Below are positions 62,761 through 64,000 of a stretch of DNA of 64,000 nt, piece after piece. A model generated the notes under the pieces. It did no database searches and was not told where the DNA came from. It saw nothing but the letters and a program-made list of their open reading frames with translations. Origin of the DNA: Albugo candida (Eukaryota); the NCBI GenBank assembly GCA_040437565.1, contig JBDOQK010000007.1, positions 310,001 to 374,000 on the forward strand. The letters run 5' to 3'. Position 1 is the stretch's first letter, and every line of letters starts with the position of its first letter. A program made the position numbers and the translations under genes.

Positions 62761-63522
62761 TCTGATGTACTGCATACATAATGTAACAAATAAATTTATG
62801 ATTGCTTGCCATACTAGATCTACTTGATTTTTATTTCTTGATTTATGAAGTGCTTTAAACCTCAGCAATAAGCGTTACCGTTAAAGCACAAGCCCTGAAG
62901 AAGCCTGATTCCTACACCAATACCATTTTGGCAATCATCATATTATATTTACACGAGTTCAAGCGTATACCGCTGACCTCAAAGGCGTTCTCCAAGCTAC
63001 ATGCTACATTAGAGAGATCAAACCAATTGCACCGTAGCAAGCGCTCACGATGTAATGAAAATTGATGATGTCTCGGAAATCTACTTGGTTTGCCGCTTCT
63101 CTGCAACATCTAGATTCGATGCTTTAGGTCATTTGGTGATTCAAAACATTAGTCTATCAACTCGTTGCTGATTTTGCGCTTCAGGGCACATCGGTAACAT
63201 TTTTCTACCAGAGTCCATGAAACAGTCGGCAACATAATGCAGCTTCATGAGTGCGCAAAGAATCACACATCTACACATTGGATTCATTACATTAGGTAAC
63301 ATGGCATAAAAGTAGGAAGAGACAGCGCACTCTGCGTGAATCTCCTGCTAGATAAGCAGATCTTCTCCAGCTAGGTCCTAATTTCAAAGGGGAAGAAATT
63401 CTTCCGATTCAGTTCTAAATTACAAAAAAAGCAATCTCGTCTGGACCATACAGACGATTATCATAGATGTAGATACAGTTGGGCATTGCACGGGAATCCA
63501 AAATCAATCAAAAATTCAGCCA

Positions 63523-63559
63523 AACATCCAGTGATGACATATGGTCATCACTGGATGTT
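63523..63559. repeat. Perfect 16-bp-stem hairpin upstream of CFAP65
   Basis: aacatccagtgatgac-atatg-gtcatcactggatgtt. Confidence 0.85.
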
Positions 63560-63789
63560 CTCAAACGTGATGATAAGCAACACGTCCCCAAGTAACTCAG
63601 CTAGTTGCAGCGCTTCTTATAATAGATAGTCCTTGAAAGTTGATTGTTGCTCGTTACTGGGAATAACGACTCAGAGATGATCGTGACTCTCCCAAAATGG
63701 ATTCCTTTAGCAATATTATATATGTTTATATAAATCCATCTATGTGACCGAATAGTCGTCAAGGTGTCTTCATCGGTCATATATTCATC

Positions 63790-64000
63790 ATGCAAGAAAT
63801 TCCAATTCTCAATTCTCGTGAACAAGAAAGATTCTTTGGCATCAGATGTGGTGACGCTGTTTCGTTTGAAGCTGGATGCTGGGCTCCAGGCGGTGAATTC
63901 TACAAAACAATTGCAGTCAAAAACGTTTCCTGTCGAACAATCCGCTTCAAGTACGAGCTACCCGCCACCAAATACTTCAGTATGGAATTCCCCTCTTTCA
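63790..64000 (+). CDS. CFAP65: Cilia- and flagella-associated protein 65 (CCDC108) N-terminus, runs off the window (absent from the ORF track)
   Basis: MQEIPILNSREQERFFGIRCGDAVSFEAGCWAPGGEFYKTIAVKNVSCRTIRFKYELPATKYFSMEFPLS resembles the first Ig-like/ASH domain of CFAP65 (GI......W..G....L.LKN......KY..P.TKFF). Confidence 0.72.
   Translation, partial: MQEIPILNSREQERFFGIRCGDAVSFEAGCWAPGGEFYKTIAVKNVSCRTIRFKYELPATKYFSMEFPSF

Noticed and set aside
1-64000. CRISPR arrays, rRNA, telomeric repeats, prokaryotic operons, and the many short antisense ORFs in the track
   Set aside because: None of these features were seen. The short ORFs are antisense or alternate-frame shadows of spliced genes or of decayed sequence.

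Overview
Eukaryotic, intron-rich (introns about 50-65 nt) scaffold from an oomycete. It is most consistent with Albugo (inference from GPCR-PIPK, flagellar genes, compact short-intron genes and moderate GC). Intact genes: GPCR-PIPK fusion, DDI1, RPS10, SAP30BP/HCNGP-like, CCDC40, ZW10, SMU1, p24-delta/TMED10, YHM2-like mitochondrial carrier, BCKDH E1-beta, a probable DUF1765 protein, BCKDH E2 (DBT), an RCC1-BTB protein and the 5' end of CFAP65. Much of the apparently non-coding DNA is decayed, intron-retaining, inverted copies of genes elsewhere in the window. Two ancient inverted duplicated blocks (about 9.6-15.1 kb vs 56.8-49.1 kb, and about 28.5-34.6 kb vs 64.0-61.6 kb) show reciprocal gene loss. 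The DDI1/DBT head-to-head promoter stayed conserved in both copies, and each copy now sits in front of the other surviving gene. Also present: an insertion with a 17-bp target-site duplication inside a tRNA/SINE-like structured sequence, starting at an oomycete INR/FPR promoter; a decayed Ty3/gypsy element; and 11 100-N gaps, 10 of them flanked by near-identical assembly overlap duplications. All alignments were made by eye, so boundaries and identities are approximate.
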